From assembly GCA_030704845.1 (NCBI GenBank), contig JAUYKZ010000006.1, positions 18,046-82,045 of the forward strand: a DNA stretch of 64,000 nt, in the 5' to 3' direction. Position numbers and translations under genes: made by a program. Origin of the DNA: an archaeon. Lineage in GTDB: Archaea; Nanobdellota; Nanobdellia; Woesearchaeales; GW2011-AR9. The notes under the pieces are model-generated. The model saw only the letters and a program-made list of their open reading frames with translations, did no database searches and was not told the DNA's origin. Positions 41,421 to 50,955 of the stretch are shown in pieces; within the stretch, counting starts at the first letter, position 1; the number at the start of each line of letters is the position of its first letter.

Positions 41421-42128
41421 ATGGTGAAGAAGTTTATCATAGTAACGTTAATAGTACTAACAATTATTCTTATAGGTTGCAAGCCCGGAGAAACCTCTAG
41501 CGATTCTTTAGATAACGCATCAATAATTGGAGGATCGGATGTTGAAACAACTAACGAGAATCTTCCTGAAGGCCAATGCCTCCCTCAATGGAAATGTGTT
41601 AGTTCTACCTACAAAGCTTTCCAAAGTGAAGATTGTTCTTTTGGAGAAAAAACGGAATGTAAATTAGGTTGTGAAGATGGTAAATGTCATCTCCCAGCAA
41701 CTTGTGAAAGAAAATTTGCATGTAAGAACACAAGAGATAAAGGATTGCAAGTAGAAGACTGTTCTTGGGTTGGCGTAATTCAATGTGAATGGGGATGTAG
41801 TGAAAATGCATGTAATCCTGAACCAGAACCAAGTAATGTAACGACTAGCACTGTTAATGAAACAGAGGAAGTTATTCCAAAAGCAACAGTTTATTCAGTA
41901 AAACAAGGAGAAAGTATTTCTTTAAGTGCCGGAGGAACAGAACATAACATCAGCATTTATATTATTGAAACCGGAAAAGCTCGATTAAATGTAGATCAAT
42001 ACAAAACTGAATGGTTGGAGGAAGGTGGTAACGCAACATTTAGCACAGGAATAACTATTTACATTAAAGAAATATTATTTCAACCATATGATGGTGGACA
42101 AAGATCTGTTGGATTTACAACAGAATGA
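41421..42128 (+). CDS. Cys-rich putative lipoprotein
   Basis: LIGC lipobox; two Cys repeats (Q.EDCS......C..GC....C). Confidence 0.7.
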   Translation: MVKKFIIVTLIVLTIILIGCKPGETSSDSLDNASIIGGSDVETTNENLPEGQCLPQWKCVSSTYKAFQSEDCSFGEKTECKLGCEDGKCHLPATCERKFACKNTRDKGLQVEDCSWVGVIQCEWGCSENACNPEPEPSNVTTSTVNETEEVIPKATVYSVKQGESISLSAGGTEHNISIYIIETGKARLNVDQYKTEWLEEGGNATFSTGITIYIKEILFQPYDGGQRSVGFTTE

Positions 42129-42137
42129 TTTAGTTTC

Positions 42138-42482
42138 TTAGTTTAATTTTTTCCCTTTAGAATATCCAATATAACAATCCATAAATTGATTTATCAATCC
42201 ATGGGCAGAATGATCTATCCTGACTGTTAAATAAACTGTAACATCATCGATCGTTACAATTCTAAATCGATCCGAATTGTCTTTCAAAAATCTTTCAAGA
42301 GTTGAAGATTTGTTAACATCCCCTTGCAATTTCAATGCTGAGCTACCATTAATAGAAGTGTCTGTATACCATTTTCCATCCCTACCTCTCGCAACAAGAA
42401 ACACAGTATTAGATCCTATTGAAGAAATCATGCGTGAAGTGGTATATAATTCCATACTCGCAGCGGTATTTTCTAAACCCAT
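42138..42482 (-). CDS. Hypothetical protein
   Basis: 114-aa ORF, co-oriented with neighbours. Confidence 0.5.
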   Translation of the reverse strand: MGLENTAASMELYTTSRMISSIGSNTVFLVARGRDGKWYTDTSINGSSALKLQGDVNKSSTLERFLKDNSDRFRIVTIDDVTVYLTVRIDHSAHGLINQFMDCYIGYSKGKKLN

Positions 42483-42549
42483 TATTTTCGAAAATGATTA
42501 GATGAATTAAATAAATTTAGGTTATTCTCCATATACTTACGTTAAATAG

Positions 42550-42873
42550 TTATGAATAATCTATTAACAACACTGCATAACCCCAAGCACAAATTCCCGC
42601 CGGTTCAAGTTTGTTAAATTGATTATCACAATAAAAAGAAGGCACGTAAGTTACATGAACCAAATTATTTACCCCGGCCAGGTTAGCTGCTTTTTTTAAT
42701 GCTTCTCTAGATTCATCTATTGAAACAGGATAAAGATTATATCCCTTAAGATTACCGGTTGGTGGAGTAATTATTTTAACTGGATTATCATCTTTATCTC
42801 TTATTGGAAGATAAGAATGTCTAGTTAATCTTTCTAGATCATTTAAAGAACCTTCAAATAATAAAATAGTCAT
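42550..42873 (-). CDS. Hypothetical protein
   Basis: 107-aa ORF downstream of rpl15e. Confidence 0.5.
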   Translation of the reverse strand: MTILLFEGSLNDLERLTRHSYLPIRDKDDNPVKIITPPTGNLKGYNLYPVSIDESREALKKAANLAGVNNLVHVTYVPSFYCDNQFNKLEPAGICAWGYAVLLIDYS

Positions 42874-42901
42874 AAGAAAAAGTATAAAAAAAAAGAAGAA
42901 T

Positions 42902-43423
42902 TTATGCTTTTCGCAATCCCCGACTAGTCTTTGCAGAAGATGTTTTACCTTGGAATACTCTACTGTGATGTTTTTTATCCTGTAACCATTGCAAATTCTT
43001 GTCAGATTTTATAACCGGATGATGCGGATCTACAAAGATTATTTCAAACCAGTAAAACTTACCATCGTCAGCAACCCAGTATGAGTTTAGAACAGTTAAG
43101 TTAACGAATTTTTTTTGCGCTCTTTCTTCAGCAATTTGTTGGTAACTCTTATCAAGATTAAGTCTGATACCATATCTCTTAGGTCTTCTTCCACCACCAG
43201 GCTTAGTACGTGTATGTCCACCACGTGGAACTCTTTGTCTTACAACAACGATACCTTGCTTAGCTTTGTAACCGAGAGAACGTGCTTTATCAATTCTTGT
43301 CGGTCTTTCAATTTTTATAGTGGTCGGTTCTCTTCTCCACTGAATTAAGCGTTCTCGCCATAATTCTGGCATGTTTGTTTTTGGTTTTTTCCATGCTTCC
43401 CTTACTCTTTGGTATAATCCCAT
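42902..43423 (-). CDS. rpl15e: 50S ribosomal protein eL15
   Basis: RPTRIDKARSLGYKAKQG, AEERA, LNSYWV, DPHHP; SD GGAGG. Confidence 0.97.
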   Translation of the reverse strand: MGLYQRVREAWKKPKTNMPELWRERLIQWRREPTTIKIERPTRIDKARSLGYKAKQGIVVVRQRVPRGGHTRTKPGGGRRPKRYGIRLNLDKSYQQIAEERAQKKFVNLTVLNSYWVADDGKFYWFEIIFVDPHHPVIKSDKNLQWLQDKKHHSRVFQGKTSSAKTSRGLRKA

Positions 43424-43456
43424 TTTTTAGCCTCCAGTTTTAGATTCTATATTACT

Positions 43457-43500
43457 CATCTCAGATTCAGGTAAGCTACTACCCACATCTCTGAATGATG
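43457..43500 (-). promoter_or_regulatory. Structured leader upstream of rpl15e (candidate eL15 r-leader)
   Basis: Minus strand CATC-ATTCAG...CTGAAT-CTGA-GATG stem between the TATA box and SD. Confidence 0.45.
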
Positions 43501-43630
43501 GAAAGAATTGACAGTTTCTTTAAAAAGGTTTCCTAAAGGATGGCTCATGTTCCAAATAGACGACAACTTTAAATAATCCAAGATTCATCAAATTAGATAT
43601 ATATAGTGATAAAAAACGAGGTGTGTCTTA

Positions 43631-44773
43631 ATGGAAATAACTCCAGCAATTAATACGAATTTTCTTCAAATAGATGAAAGCGTAAGTCTTTCTCAAATGA
43701 TTGGAAAACTGAAAGAATCAGATAAAAAATCAGGACTCATTTTTCAGAAAGGAAAGTATATGGGAATTCTTGATAAAAAAAGAATACTTCAAACAAAGTT
43801 AGATTCTACTAATGTCGGATTAAGTAAATTTATACAAAGAACCCCAATGATTAACGAACATGCAGATATTATTGAAACATCGGCTATGATGTTTAAAAGT
43901 AATATTGACCTTCTTCCAGTTGAAAGACAGAAACAAGTAATTGGAGTAATTTCCAGTCTTAACCTAGCTAAAATTGGTTCGCAATTGCCAGAAACATCGG
44001 CAATGAAAGTTAAAGATTGTACTTTAGATAAACCAACCTTAATCCAAAAAGATGATTCTATCGCTAGAGCAATAGAAATCATGTATCAAGAACACACTGA
44101 ACACATCCCAATCTTTGATAAAGGTAAATTGTATGGAATAATCAGTTCACAAGATGTTCTTAAAAAATATTTAAGTTGGCCTTCCCAAAGATCAGTATCT
44201 TCAAGATTAGGGAAAGGTGTCGGAAAAGTAACCAGAGGATCTCAAACAGACACTTCTAAATTTGCTTTATTACCGATAGAAAATTTAAGCACGAACCAGG
44301 ACTTGGTAACGATAAGTAGTAAGAGTAGTTTAAAGGATGCCGTGAGTTTAATGGTGAAGAAAAATATTTCTGCTTTAATTGTAATGGATGGAAATAAGTT
44401 GATTGGATTACTTCCGGTAAAAAATGTACTTAGAGCAATTGGTAGTTTAGAAATTCCAGAAAATTTCAACATTAAATTTGTTGGATTAAAAGAATTGGAT
44501 TGGCATTCTTACGATGTTACTGCATTGAAAAAAATTGCAGGTAATGAAGCATTTAAATTACAGAGAGCTCTCAAAAATGATTTTGATCTAGTAATTCATA
44601 TGAAAGAATATCAAAAAGATGCCAAGAAACATAAATACTCTGTTCACATGAAAGTTGAATTCCCTGGCAGGATTGTAACCGTTTCACAAGATGATTGGGA
44701 TTGGAAAACCGCGGTTAGAAAGACTTTTGCTAATGCTAAGAATAAAGTTGGCAAACAATTTAAAGGAAAATAG
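43631..44773 (+). CDS. Four-CBS-domain protein with C-terminal HPF/RaiA-like domain (candidate ribosome hibernation factor)
   Basis: CBS motifs LLPV..VIGVI, HIPI..LYGII, ALIV..LIGLL; C-terminal KYSVHMKV..DWDWKTAVRKTF. Confidence 0.7.
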   Translation: MEITPAINTNFLQIDESVSLSQMIGKLKESDKKSGLIFQKGKYMGILDKKRILQTKLDSTNVGLSKFIQRTPMINEHADIIETSAMMFKSNIDLLPVERQKQVIGVISSLNLAKIGSQLPETSAMKVKDCTLDKPTLIQKDDSIARAIEIMYQEHTEHIPIFDKGKLYGIISSQDVLKKYLSWPSQRSVSSRLGKGVGKVTRGSQTDTSKFALLPIENLSTNQDLVTISSKSSLKDAVSLMVKKNISALIVMDGNKLIGLLPVKNVLRAIGSLEIPENFNIKFVGLKELDWHSYDVTALKKIAGNEAFKLQRALKNDFDLVIHMKEYQKDAKKHKYSVHMKVEFPGRIVTVSQDDWDWKTAVRKTFANAKNKVGKQFKGK

Positions 44774-44795
44774 AAATTAAAAAATAATTCTTTTT

Positions 44796-45152
44796 TTATT
44801 GATTTTCATTCATTTTTTTTCTTCTAAATTTCTCAGCATTTTCTTCGCTAACAAATCTATAGATTTTTCCATCAATCTCAGCTTCAACCACATCTTCAAT
44901 GTCCATTAATGGTTCACCAGTAAGAGCATCTTTTCCTAACTGACCAGCGCCACTTGCGCCTTCCATGAAACCTTCTTCCCAAGAATCAATTTCATCGTCG
45001 TCTTCCAATTTCTCGCGACCTTCCTCAGTGTAGATATCTTCATCTTCTTCACCGTGTTCCATAGAATCTTTTTTTTCTTCAGAAGTTTCTTCCTCATCAA
45101 TGCCTTGTTCTTCAGCTGCATCGTATTCCTCTTCTTTTGTCTTTGTTGTCAT
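44796..45152 (-). CDS. Highly acidic hypothetical protein with Cys-less YHS/TRASH-like C-terminus
   Basis: E/D-rich N-terminus, EIDSWEEGFMEG, IDGKIYRFVSEENAEKF. Confidence 0.65.
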   Translation of the reverse strand: MTTKTKEEEYDAAEEQGIDEEETSEEKKDSMEHGEEDEDIYTEEGREKLEDDDEIDSWEEGFMEGASGAGQLGKDALTGEPLMDIEDVVEAEIDGKIYRFVSEENAEKFRRKKMNENQ

Positions 45153-45374
45153 ATCTTCTAGGAAGAAAAATGAGATTTAAAAGGTTTTCTAGAGTAGAGG
45201 AGCTGTATGAATCAAATAAAAACAATAAAAGGGTTTATAAACTAAACGTTCTTTTTCAGAAAAACGAGTAAAATCCTTCAGAGTATAGAAGTTTTTAATC
45301 GATCTTTGATTGATCTTGATATAAATTATCAAGAAATAGATTAAGGACAGAAACAACCAAGAGGTTAAACGAAA

Positions 45375-45596
45375 ATGAATGACAGAAATAATCGGCGGGA
45401 TAACAACCGACCACAAGGCGGAAATCAATACGGCGGCGGAGGCTTTAGAAGTTCAGGACCAAGCACAGGACCAAGAGAAATGCATAAAGCAACTTGTTCA
45501 GAATGTGGAAACGAATGTGAAGTTCCTTTCAAACCAACCGAAGGAAAACCAGTGTATTGTAGAGACTGCTTCAATAAAAGAAAACCACGATTCTAG
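45375..45596 (+). CDS. CxxC-x17-CxxC domain protein with low-complexity N-terminus
   Basis: REMHKATCSECG.ECEVPFKP.EGKPVYCRDCF; SD GAGGT. Confidence 0.9.
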   Translation: MNDRNNRRDNNRPQGGNQYGGGGFRSSGPSTGPREMHKATCSECGNECEVPFKPTEGKPVYCRDCFNKRKPRF

Positions 45597-45743
45597 ATAA
45601 GCATCCTTAGTTTTCTATTTTCAGGTAAAATCTTTTAAGAAATTTTTTATTATTTTTTTTTCACATTTATTCTAATTTAAGTTTATAGAATTAAATTTAT
45701 AGAAATGAACAATAAATGAAATGGGTTAAATAAATTATAATTC

Positions 45744-46202
45744 TCAGATTACAATATACTCTTCTTCCTTAGAAAGATCTTGCAATCGCAATACTTCTTT
45801 AACAGTATCCAGAATTGAAGATATTTTCGGTTCAAACTCTGACAAGTTTTTAATAGAAACCCACTGATACTCAGAATATTCTTCATTTAAAATAACTTCT
45901 CCTTCAAGATGAATTGCTAAATAATGTGGAAGAATCATAGAATTTCCAGCCTTTTTTCTGAAAAGTAAATTATAACTAAATTTGGGATAAATTTTAATCT
46001 TAAAATTTTCTCCAACTTCTTCGTTCTTTTCTCTTTGTAATCCTTCAATGATATTTTCGTCAGTAGTTTCCATCTTTCCACCAATGAATGAAAATATTCC
46101 ATCATAGTCAGCTTCCCCTTTTCTTTTACATAGAAGAACTTTAGTTTGATCACTAGAAAGAACTACTATTTTCTGGCAGTATTGAAAGTTGTATTGTTCC
46201 AT
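45744..46202 (-). CDS. NUDIX hydrolase
   Basis: GGKME..DE....LQREKNEEVG. Confidence 0.85.
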   Translation of the reverse strand: MEQYNFQYCQKIVVLSSDQTKVLLCKRKGEADYDGIFSFIGGKMETTDENIIEGLQREKNEEVGENFKIKIYPKFSYNLLFRKKAGNSMILPHYLAIHLEGEVILNEEYSEYQWVSIKNLSEFEPKISSILDTVKEVLRLQDLSKEEEYIVI

Positions 46203-46255
46203 AGATCCGGTTTATTAAAGATTATTTTTAAGATTTATGTTAGAATATTGATATT

Positions 46256-47392
46256 TTAAACAAAATCTATTTCCATTTCAAGCTGATCAGCAGTTGGATA
46301 TTCCACAACTATTGCCGGAACTAAACCAACATTCTTTATAGCTTGAGATTTCTTCTGAACAATCTTTTTAGAAGTAAGAATTCTTAATTTGGCGGTATCA
46401 ATTACCATCATGTCATCTTCTGCTTTGGTGATTTTTTTTAAATCAGGCAGTAGTTTAGTTAATTTTGCTAAGATTTCTACCTTGTTAGCTTTAGATAATT
46501 CTTCCCGATATTGAAAACCAGGTTTTAATTCAGGGAGATAGATTGCTCCCCGATGAAAAAGACCTTCCTTATCAACGATATCAAACGGCCTTTTACTAAA
46601 TTCTCCTTCTCTCTTAATTCGATTTGCAAGTTGAGTTCTATCTTTCAATTTAGCTGTACAAAGATGTACCGAAAGAGAATATCCTTTATTCTCAGCATAT
46701 TTCATTAATTTAAAACCAGTAATTAAAGAACCTTCAATTGCGTAACTGAATTGTTCCTTAGTTTTCATTCCTCTTTCTGACAATTCAGATAAAGTATTAT
46801 CTGCTCTTTCCAACTCATTCAAATTAATGAATTTAACTTTGTCATGGATGAAATCAATTAATTGAGTTAATTCTTTTTCTTTATCTGGAACAAGCGGAAC
46901 TTCTACCCCAATATCCCAGGAATATTCTGCAGCAAGTTTAATTCTATCCCATAATTTTTCGTCATCTAAATCGAAATGGAACCTAATTTCATCTAAACCG
47001 GCATCAAATAATTTTTTAAGAATACTTGAAGTTACTAAATTTAATGAAGTATAAAGATGAATATGAAATTCAGGGCCAAAAGTGTTTTTCAAAGCGATGA
47101 TATAATCGCAAACTCGATCGACTTTCATTAAAGGATCTCCACCAGTAATACCTGCCCCTTTAGCACCCATAGCTTTAATTTCAGAAAGAATATCTTCAAT
47201 CTCTCTTACTTCTCTCTCGTTAGCAAATTGTACGTCGTGACCATATTTTTGATCTGAAACAGGGCAGAAGTAACATTTTCTTGGACACATGCCAGTTACA
47301 AAGATAACTACCTTTTCTCCTTTTACACAGTACTGGCAGCCTTTCGGCAATTCTCCTTGATTATAGGAATAAAATTCATTTACTTTAACCAT
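46256..47392 (-). CDS. Archaeal radical SAM protein (COG2108-like)
   Basis: GCQYCVKGEK, CPRKCYFCP, ITGGDP, HIHLYT, LDEIRFH; start at ATG 47392. Confidence 0.85.
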   Translation of the reverse strand: MVKVNEFYSYNQGELPKGCQYCVKGEKVVIFVTGMCPRKCYFCPVSDQKYGHDVQFANEREVREIEDILSEIKAMGAKGAGITGGDPLMKVDRVCDYIIALKNTFGPEFHIHLYTSLNLVTSSILKKLFDAGLDEIRFHFDLDDEKLWDRIKLAAEYSWDIGVEVPLVPDKEKELTQLIDFIHDKVKFINLNELERADNTLSELSERGMKTKEQFSYAIEGSLITGFKLMKYAENKGYSLSVHLCTAKLKDRTQLANRIKREGEFSKRPFDIVDKEGLFHRGAIYLPELKPGFQYREELSKANKVEILAKLTKLLPDLKKITKAEDDMMVIDTAKLRILTSKKIVQKKSQAIKNVGLVPAIVVEYPTADQLEMEIDFV

Positions 47393-47554
47393 AAAGCTTG
47401 AATTTAAGACTTGCTTTAAAAGATTTACTGGAGAGATGGTGATTATGAGATTTGTGAAGGTGTTATAATTGATTATATCACAAAAAGCCACTGGTCACTT
47501 AGACAACCGCAAGCAATGTTTATATATACAAACAAATCGGAAAAAGGAAGAAAA

Positions 47555-47860
47555 ATGAAAATAAAATATACTTCAAAAAATCAAAGAATGAACGTAGAAA
47601 TAGATTCTGATTCAGTAAAAGATACGTTCAAAAAACTTGCTGAATTTCAAGAAGTTTTTGATGAGTCTAGTTGTACATTATGCAATAACGATGACCTGCA
47701 ATTTGTAGTTAGAACCGTTGATGGAAATGATTTCTATGAACTAAAATGCAAAAAATGTTCTGCTAAACGAGCTTTTGGTCAGCATAAATCTGGAGGTAGT
47801 TTATTCCCAAAGAATGGTTGGCATAAATGGAACGGCAATCAGAACGGAACAACCGGATAA
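47555..47860 (+). CDS. Small Zn-ribbon protein
   Basis: CTLC...YELKCKKC..FGQHK.GG.LFPK; ends 3 nt before nreA. Confidence 0.7.
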   Translation: MKIKYTSKNQRMNVEIDSDSVKDTFKKLAEFQEVFDESSCTLCNNDDLQFVVRTVDGNDFYELKCKKCSAKRAFGQHKSGGSLFPKNGWHKWNGNQNGTTG

Positions 47861-47863
47861 ATT

Positions 47864-49057
47864 ATGAACATTCAAAGGGTACGTTATAAGGATATCGAAC
47901 AAATTCCTCATCTTCATATCAAGAAAGATTTTAAACAAGATTTTCAGGGAACTGCGCCTGCCCCATTCATTGGACGGTTTGGTTATCCATACGTTAACGT
48001 AGGTATTCTATCCCCACAAATAATGGGTGAAACTTCACAGTACGATTCTCCGAGACATTGGAGTAACTCTAACACTTCGATAGGGCAAGTTGCTAGTTTA
48101 AGATATTCATTAGTTAATTCACGAACCCAAGCAACAGTAAAACAATTGTCTGGAAAATTCTTAGATGTGATTAAAGAAGTCGGCATGGCCAAAAGGCCCG
48201 CGGAAGTAGAAGTAGCATTGAAAACAAAACCATCTTTGAAAATGAATTCTGAAAGAGAAGTTACCCCATTTGGCCCAGGTAGTGAAATGATGAAAGCTAG
48301 AATAACAAGTAACGTAAACGTTGATTCAAGAGTTGAGAGAGTTATTTCTGATACTGATCTTAAAGCATCTTCGGCAATAATAGATTTGTATAAAAAAGGA
48401 TTTGAAGAAAGTACCTTAAACAAATTGATTTCCGTTGGTAATCTTGGAATTAAAAATAATCGAAAACTTGTTCCAACAAGATGGAGCATAACCGCTGTTG
48501 ATGATACTATTGGTAAAGAACTGATTAAAGATATCAAAGATTTTTCGGTGGGAGAATATGCTGCTTATTTTGGTGGGGAATGGGGAAATTATTATTTGTT
48601 ACTATTTTTTCCAGAAGTGTGGAGTTTTGAATTGTTTGAAACTTATCTAGCATCACCAGTTAATCCTTGGAGTAAAGGCGGACATAAATATTCTACCGAT
48701 TATGAAGCTTATGAAGGTAGAAAGAATTATGCGGAAGAAACTGCGGGAGGATATTATGCTTGCAGAATTGGAGTTCTTGAAAAAATTAAAATGTTAAAGA
48801 GACAACAGTCTTGTTTAGCTTTAAGATTTATCACGCCAGAATATAACATCCCTTTAGGCGTCTGGGTTTGCCGAGAAGCAACAAGGAAAAGTACGGAGAC
48901 TAAGCCGATATATTTCGGTGATGAGAAATTATTATTACAATATGCTAGAACATTTATCCAGAATAAATTTGGGTTTGATTTAGATTTATTATTAAAAGAA
49001 TCTAAACTTCTCAAAGAGAAAAAACAGCAAGTTAAATTGAAAACTTTTTTTACATGA
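47864..49057 (+). CDS. nreA: Nre-family DNA repair protein
   Basis: FIGRFGYPYVNVG, RKLVPTRWSITAVD, GGYYACR, PLGVWVCRE, C-terminal PIP box QVKLKTFF. Confidence 0.9.
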   Translation: MNIQRVRYKDIEQIPHLHIKKDFKQDFQGTAPAPFIGRFGYPYVNVGILSPQIMGETSQYDSPRHWSNSNTSIGQVASLRYSLVNSRTQATVKQLSGKFLDVIKEVGMAKRPAEVEVALKTKPSLKMNSEREVTPFGPGSEMMKARITSNVNVDSRVERVISDTDLKASSAIIDLYKKGFEESTLNKLISVGNLGIKNNRKLVPTRWSITAVDDTIGKELIKDIKDFSVGEYAAYFGGEWGNYYLLLFFPEVWSFELFETYLASPVNPWSKGGHKYSTDYEAYEGRKNYAEETAGGYYACRIGVLEKIKMLKRQQSCLALRFITPEYNIPLGVWVCREATRKSTETKPIYFGDEKLLLQYARTFIQNKFGFDLDLLLKESKLLKEKKQQVKLKTFFT

Positions 49058-49235
49058 AAATCGGCGAGAAAACTTAGGTTTTATGAGAGAGGATAATTCT
49101 CGCTAATTTTCTGTTCCAAAAGTCCACGGACTTTTGTTACCTAACCAATAACAACTTAACTTCCCTTTCTGCAGTGATAAACAAACTTTATAAATAAAAG
49201 ATTGATTTGAATTTTCGTCAAGGAGGTGGTTTTTG

Positions 49236-49346
49236 ATGGTAAAAGATATCGATCAAGAATTCGAAGAATTTGTCAGGAAGAACCCCCAAAAACTAACGAA
49301 AAATCAAAGAGAGATTTGCAAGATACTTGGCATATCCCTTAGTTAG
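49236..49346 (+). CDS. 36-aa small protein (not in ORF track)
   Basis: MVKDIDQEFEEFVRKNPQKLTKNQREICKILGISLS; SD AAGGAGGTG; TATA CTTTATAAA near 49186. Confidence 0.6.
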   Translation: MVKDIDQEFEEFVRKNPQKLTKNQREICKILGISLS

Positions 49347-49361
49347 TTTTGAAATCATATG

Positions 49362-49459
49362 CCACAATGGCGCGAGATATAATCTAATTCATTTCCTGGG
49401 GGGAATTATGAGTTTGATTCATAAAAAATTATCTTGCCGCCAACGTGGAACCTTTTTTT
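49362..49459 (+). ncRNA. Candidate multi-branch structured RNA / 3' UTR ending in a T7 tract
   Basis: CCAC..TGGCG.CGAGATA pairs with TATCTTG.CGCCA..GTGG, enclosing two small hairpins. Confidence 0.35.
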
Positions 49460-49460
49460 C

Positions 49461-49553
49461 TATACTAAAATGCGTTAGATTTCGAATATATTAACGCATT
49501 TTATATATATAAAGTGCCAAAAATAAGTTCGAAAGCTTTGGCACTTTAGTATA
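49461..49553. repeat. 93-bp double-hairpin element, copy 2 (inverted relative to 31408..31502)
   Basis: AAAATGCGTTA/TAACGCATTTT and AAAGTGCCAAA/TTTGGCACTTT stems, TTCGAA in both loops. Confidence 0.9.
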
Positions 49554-49621
49554 CATAGAAAGGCTCTCAAATAAGGAGATATAGAGAAAAATTTATAATC
49601 CCTCTTCCCTTAATCTAGATA

Positions 49622-49963
49622 ATGAGCATCTATAAAAAGACGTGGTGGCAGAAATTACATAAGAAAAGTTCTACACAAAAAGTTGATATTCTCCATGATA
49701 TTGAAGCTATCAAAGAATTTCTAGGTGATGTTAACCTTGATTCTAAAAGACTTCTAAAACAATTAGATCTAATTGAAGAGTTTGAAAAAGAAAGGAAAGT
49801 AGGAAGAAAAGAAATTAAAAAAATCGCTTCACAAACTGAAGAGAAAACCTTAACAGAATTTTCTAAGCAGTATGGTTTCTTTCAAAATGATGTAATCCTT
49901 AATGGAGTAAGAGTTAGGATGATTAAAGAACAATTTGATAAAGAAGTTTTTGATGAAGAATAA
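49622..49963 (+). CDS. Hypothetical helical protein
   Basis: 113-aa ORF; TATA-like TTTATAA about 25 nt upstream (leaderless). Confidence 0.65.
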   Translation: MSIYKKTWWQKLHKKSSTQKVDILHDIEAIKEFLGDVNLDSKRLLKQLDLIEEFEKERKVGRKEIKKIASQTEEKTLTEFSKQYGFFQNDVILNGVRVRMIKEQFDKEVFDEE

Positions 49964-49977
49964 ATTAAAAATTAATG

Positions 49978-50538
49978 TTAAGTAAATATTCTATATTTTT
50001 CTTTTCCATCCAATTCTGACATTATTCTTTTAACAATTGCTTGCTTTGGATTTGGCAATAGTTTAACTCTAGATTTAAGATCGTCAAAACCTTCAAATGG
50101 TCTTTCTCTTCTAGCTTCAAGGATTTCCCACATGTGTTTCTTACCTAAACCTGGAAGAAGTTCTAATTGATGCATTCTCATACTTAATGGTTGAGCCTTA
50201 TTGAAAAACTCAACAAACCGTTTCTCATCACTAGAAACTAATTTTTCAACCGCGTGAGGAAGTTCTGCCCTTGCCGTTGAAGTTAATTTCTCTGAAGGAA
50301 TTCTTCCTTTAATATGATGAATTTCATCCCGCTTACCTTCCCCGATGTAAACTTCCTGATGTAAATTAAGAAAAACATCTTTTTTAGGTATTAATTCAAG
50401 TAATGTAAGATGGCTTAATCCCAAAGCTTGAGCTATAGAACTTTTTAATGCACCCTGTTCAGTAGCATAGCCGTGTGGGAGAAAATCTAAAATAATCGCT
50501 TTTTCTTCCCGTACTTGTTGGCTTTGTTGTTGTTCCAT
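49978..50538 (-). CDS. DUF655 (COG1491) putative RNA-binding protein
   Basis: ILDFLPHG, TLLEL, RMHQLELLPGLGKK; conserved rpl21e-rpoF-DUF655 order. Confidence 0.9.
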   Translation of the reverse strand: MEQQQSQQVREEKAIILDFLPHGYATEQGALKSSIAQALGLSHLTLLELIPKKDVFLNLHQEVYIGEGKRDEIHHIKGRIPSEKLTSTARAELPHAVEKLVSSDEKRFVEFFNKAQPLSMRMHQLELLPGLGKKHMWEILEARRERPFEGFDDLKSRVKLLPNPKQAIVKRIMSELDGKEKYRIFT

Positions 50539-50604
50539 TTTTGTTTTGTTTTCTTAGTAAGTAGTTTATCTTAATAAAAATTATGCTTTTTCCAAAGAAA
50601 AAGA

Positions 50605-50955
50605 TTATAGAACGGCCTTTACCGCATCAACAATGCTTTCCTGATCCTTTTTAGGAAGGCTTAGCGGGTATGCCTGAAATACTGTTTTCAAGTCATCCAC
50701 CGTTTTAGGTAGAAAATCGATAATTTTCACAAAATGTTCTTCTTTTAACCTAGTTAAATTAAGTTCTTGAAGTTTTTTAAGTAATTCTTCCCGTTTTTCT
50801 ACGGTAACAATTTCTAAAGAAAAGTTTTCTACAAAATCTTTAGCTCTAGTAGACCTGAAAGCTACTTCTGCTTCTATTTCAGTCACTTCTTTTAGAAGCT
50901 CCGCTACTTCACTTAAAGTTACTGGCTTCTCTCCTATAAATTCAGGGTTATGCAT
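50605..50955 (-). CDS. rpoF: DNA-directed RNA polymerase subunit F (Rpo4)
   Basis: EKPVTLSEV..LL, VKIIDFLPKTVDDLK; operon position. Confidence 0.85.
   Translation of the reverse strand: MHNPEFIGEKPVTLSEVAELLKEVTEIEAEVAFRSTRAKDFVENFSLEIVTVEKREELLKKLQELNLTRLKEEHFVKIIDFLPKTVDDLKTVFQAYPLSLPKKDQESIVDAVKAVL

Noticed and set aside
45379-45600. Alternative-frame 73-aa ORF overlapping the CxxC-x17-CxxC gene
   Set aside because: The 45375 frame has the recognisable domain and the better SD spacing
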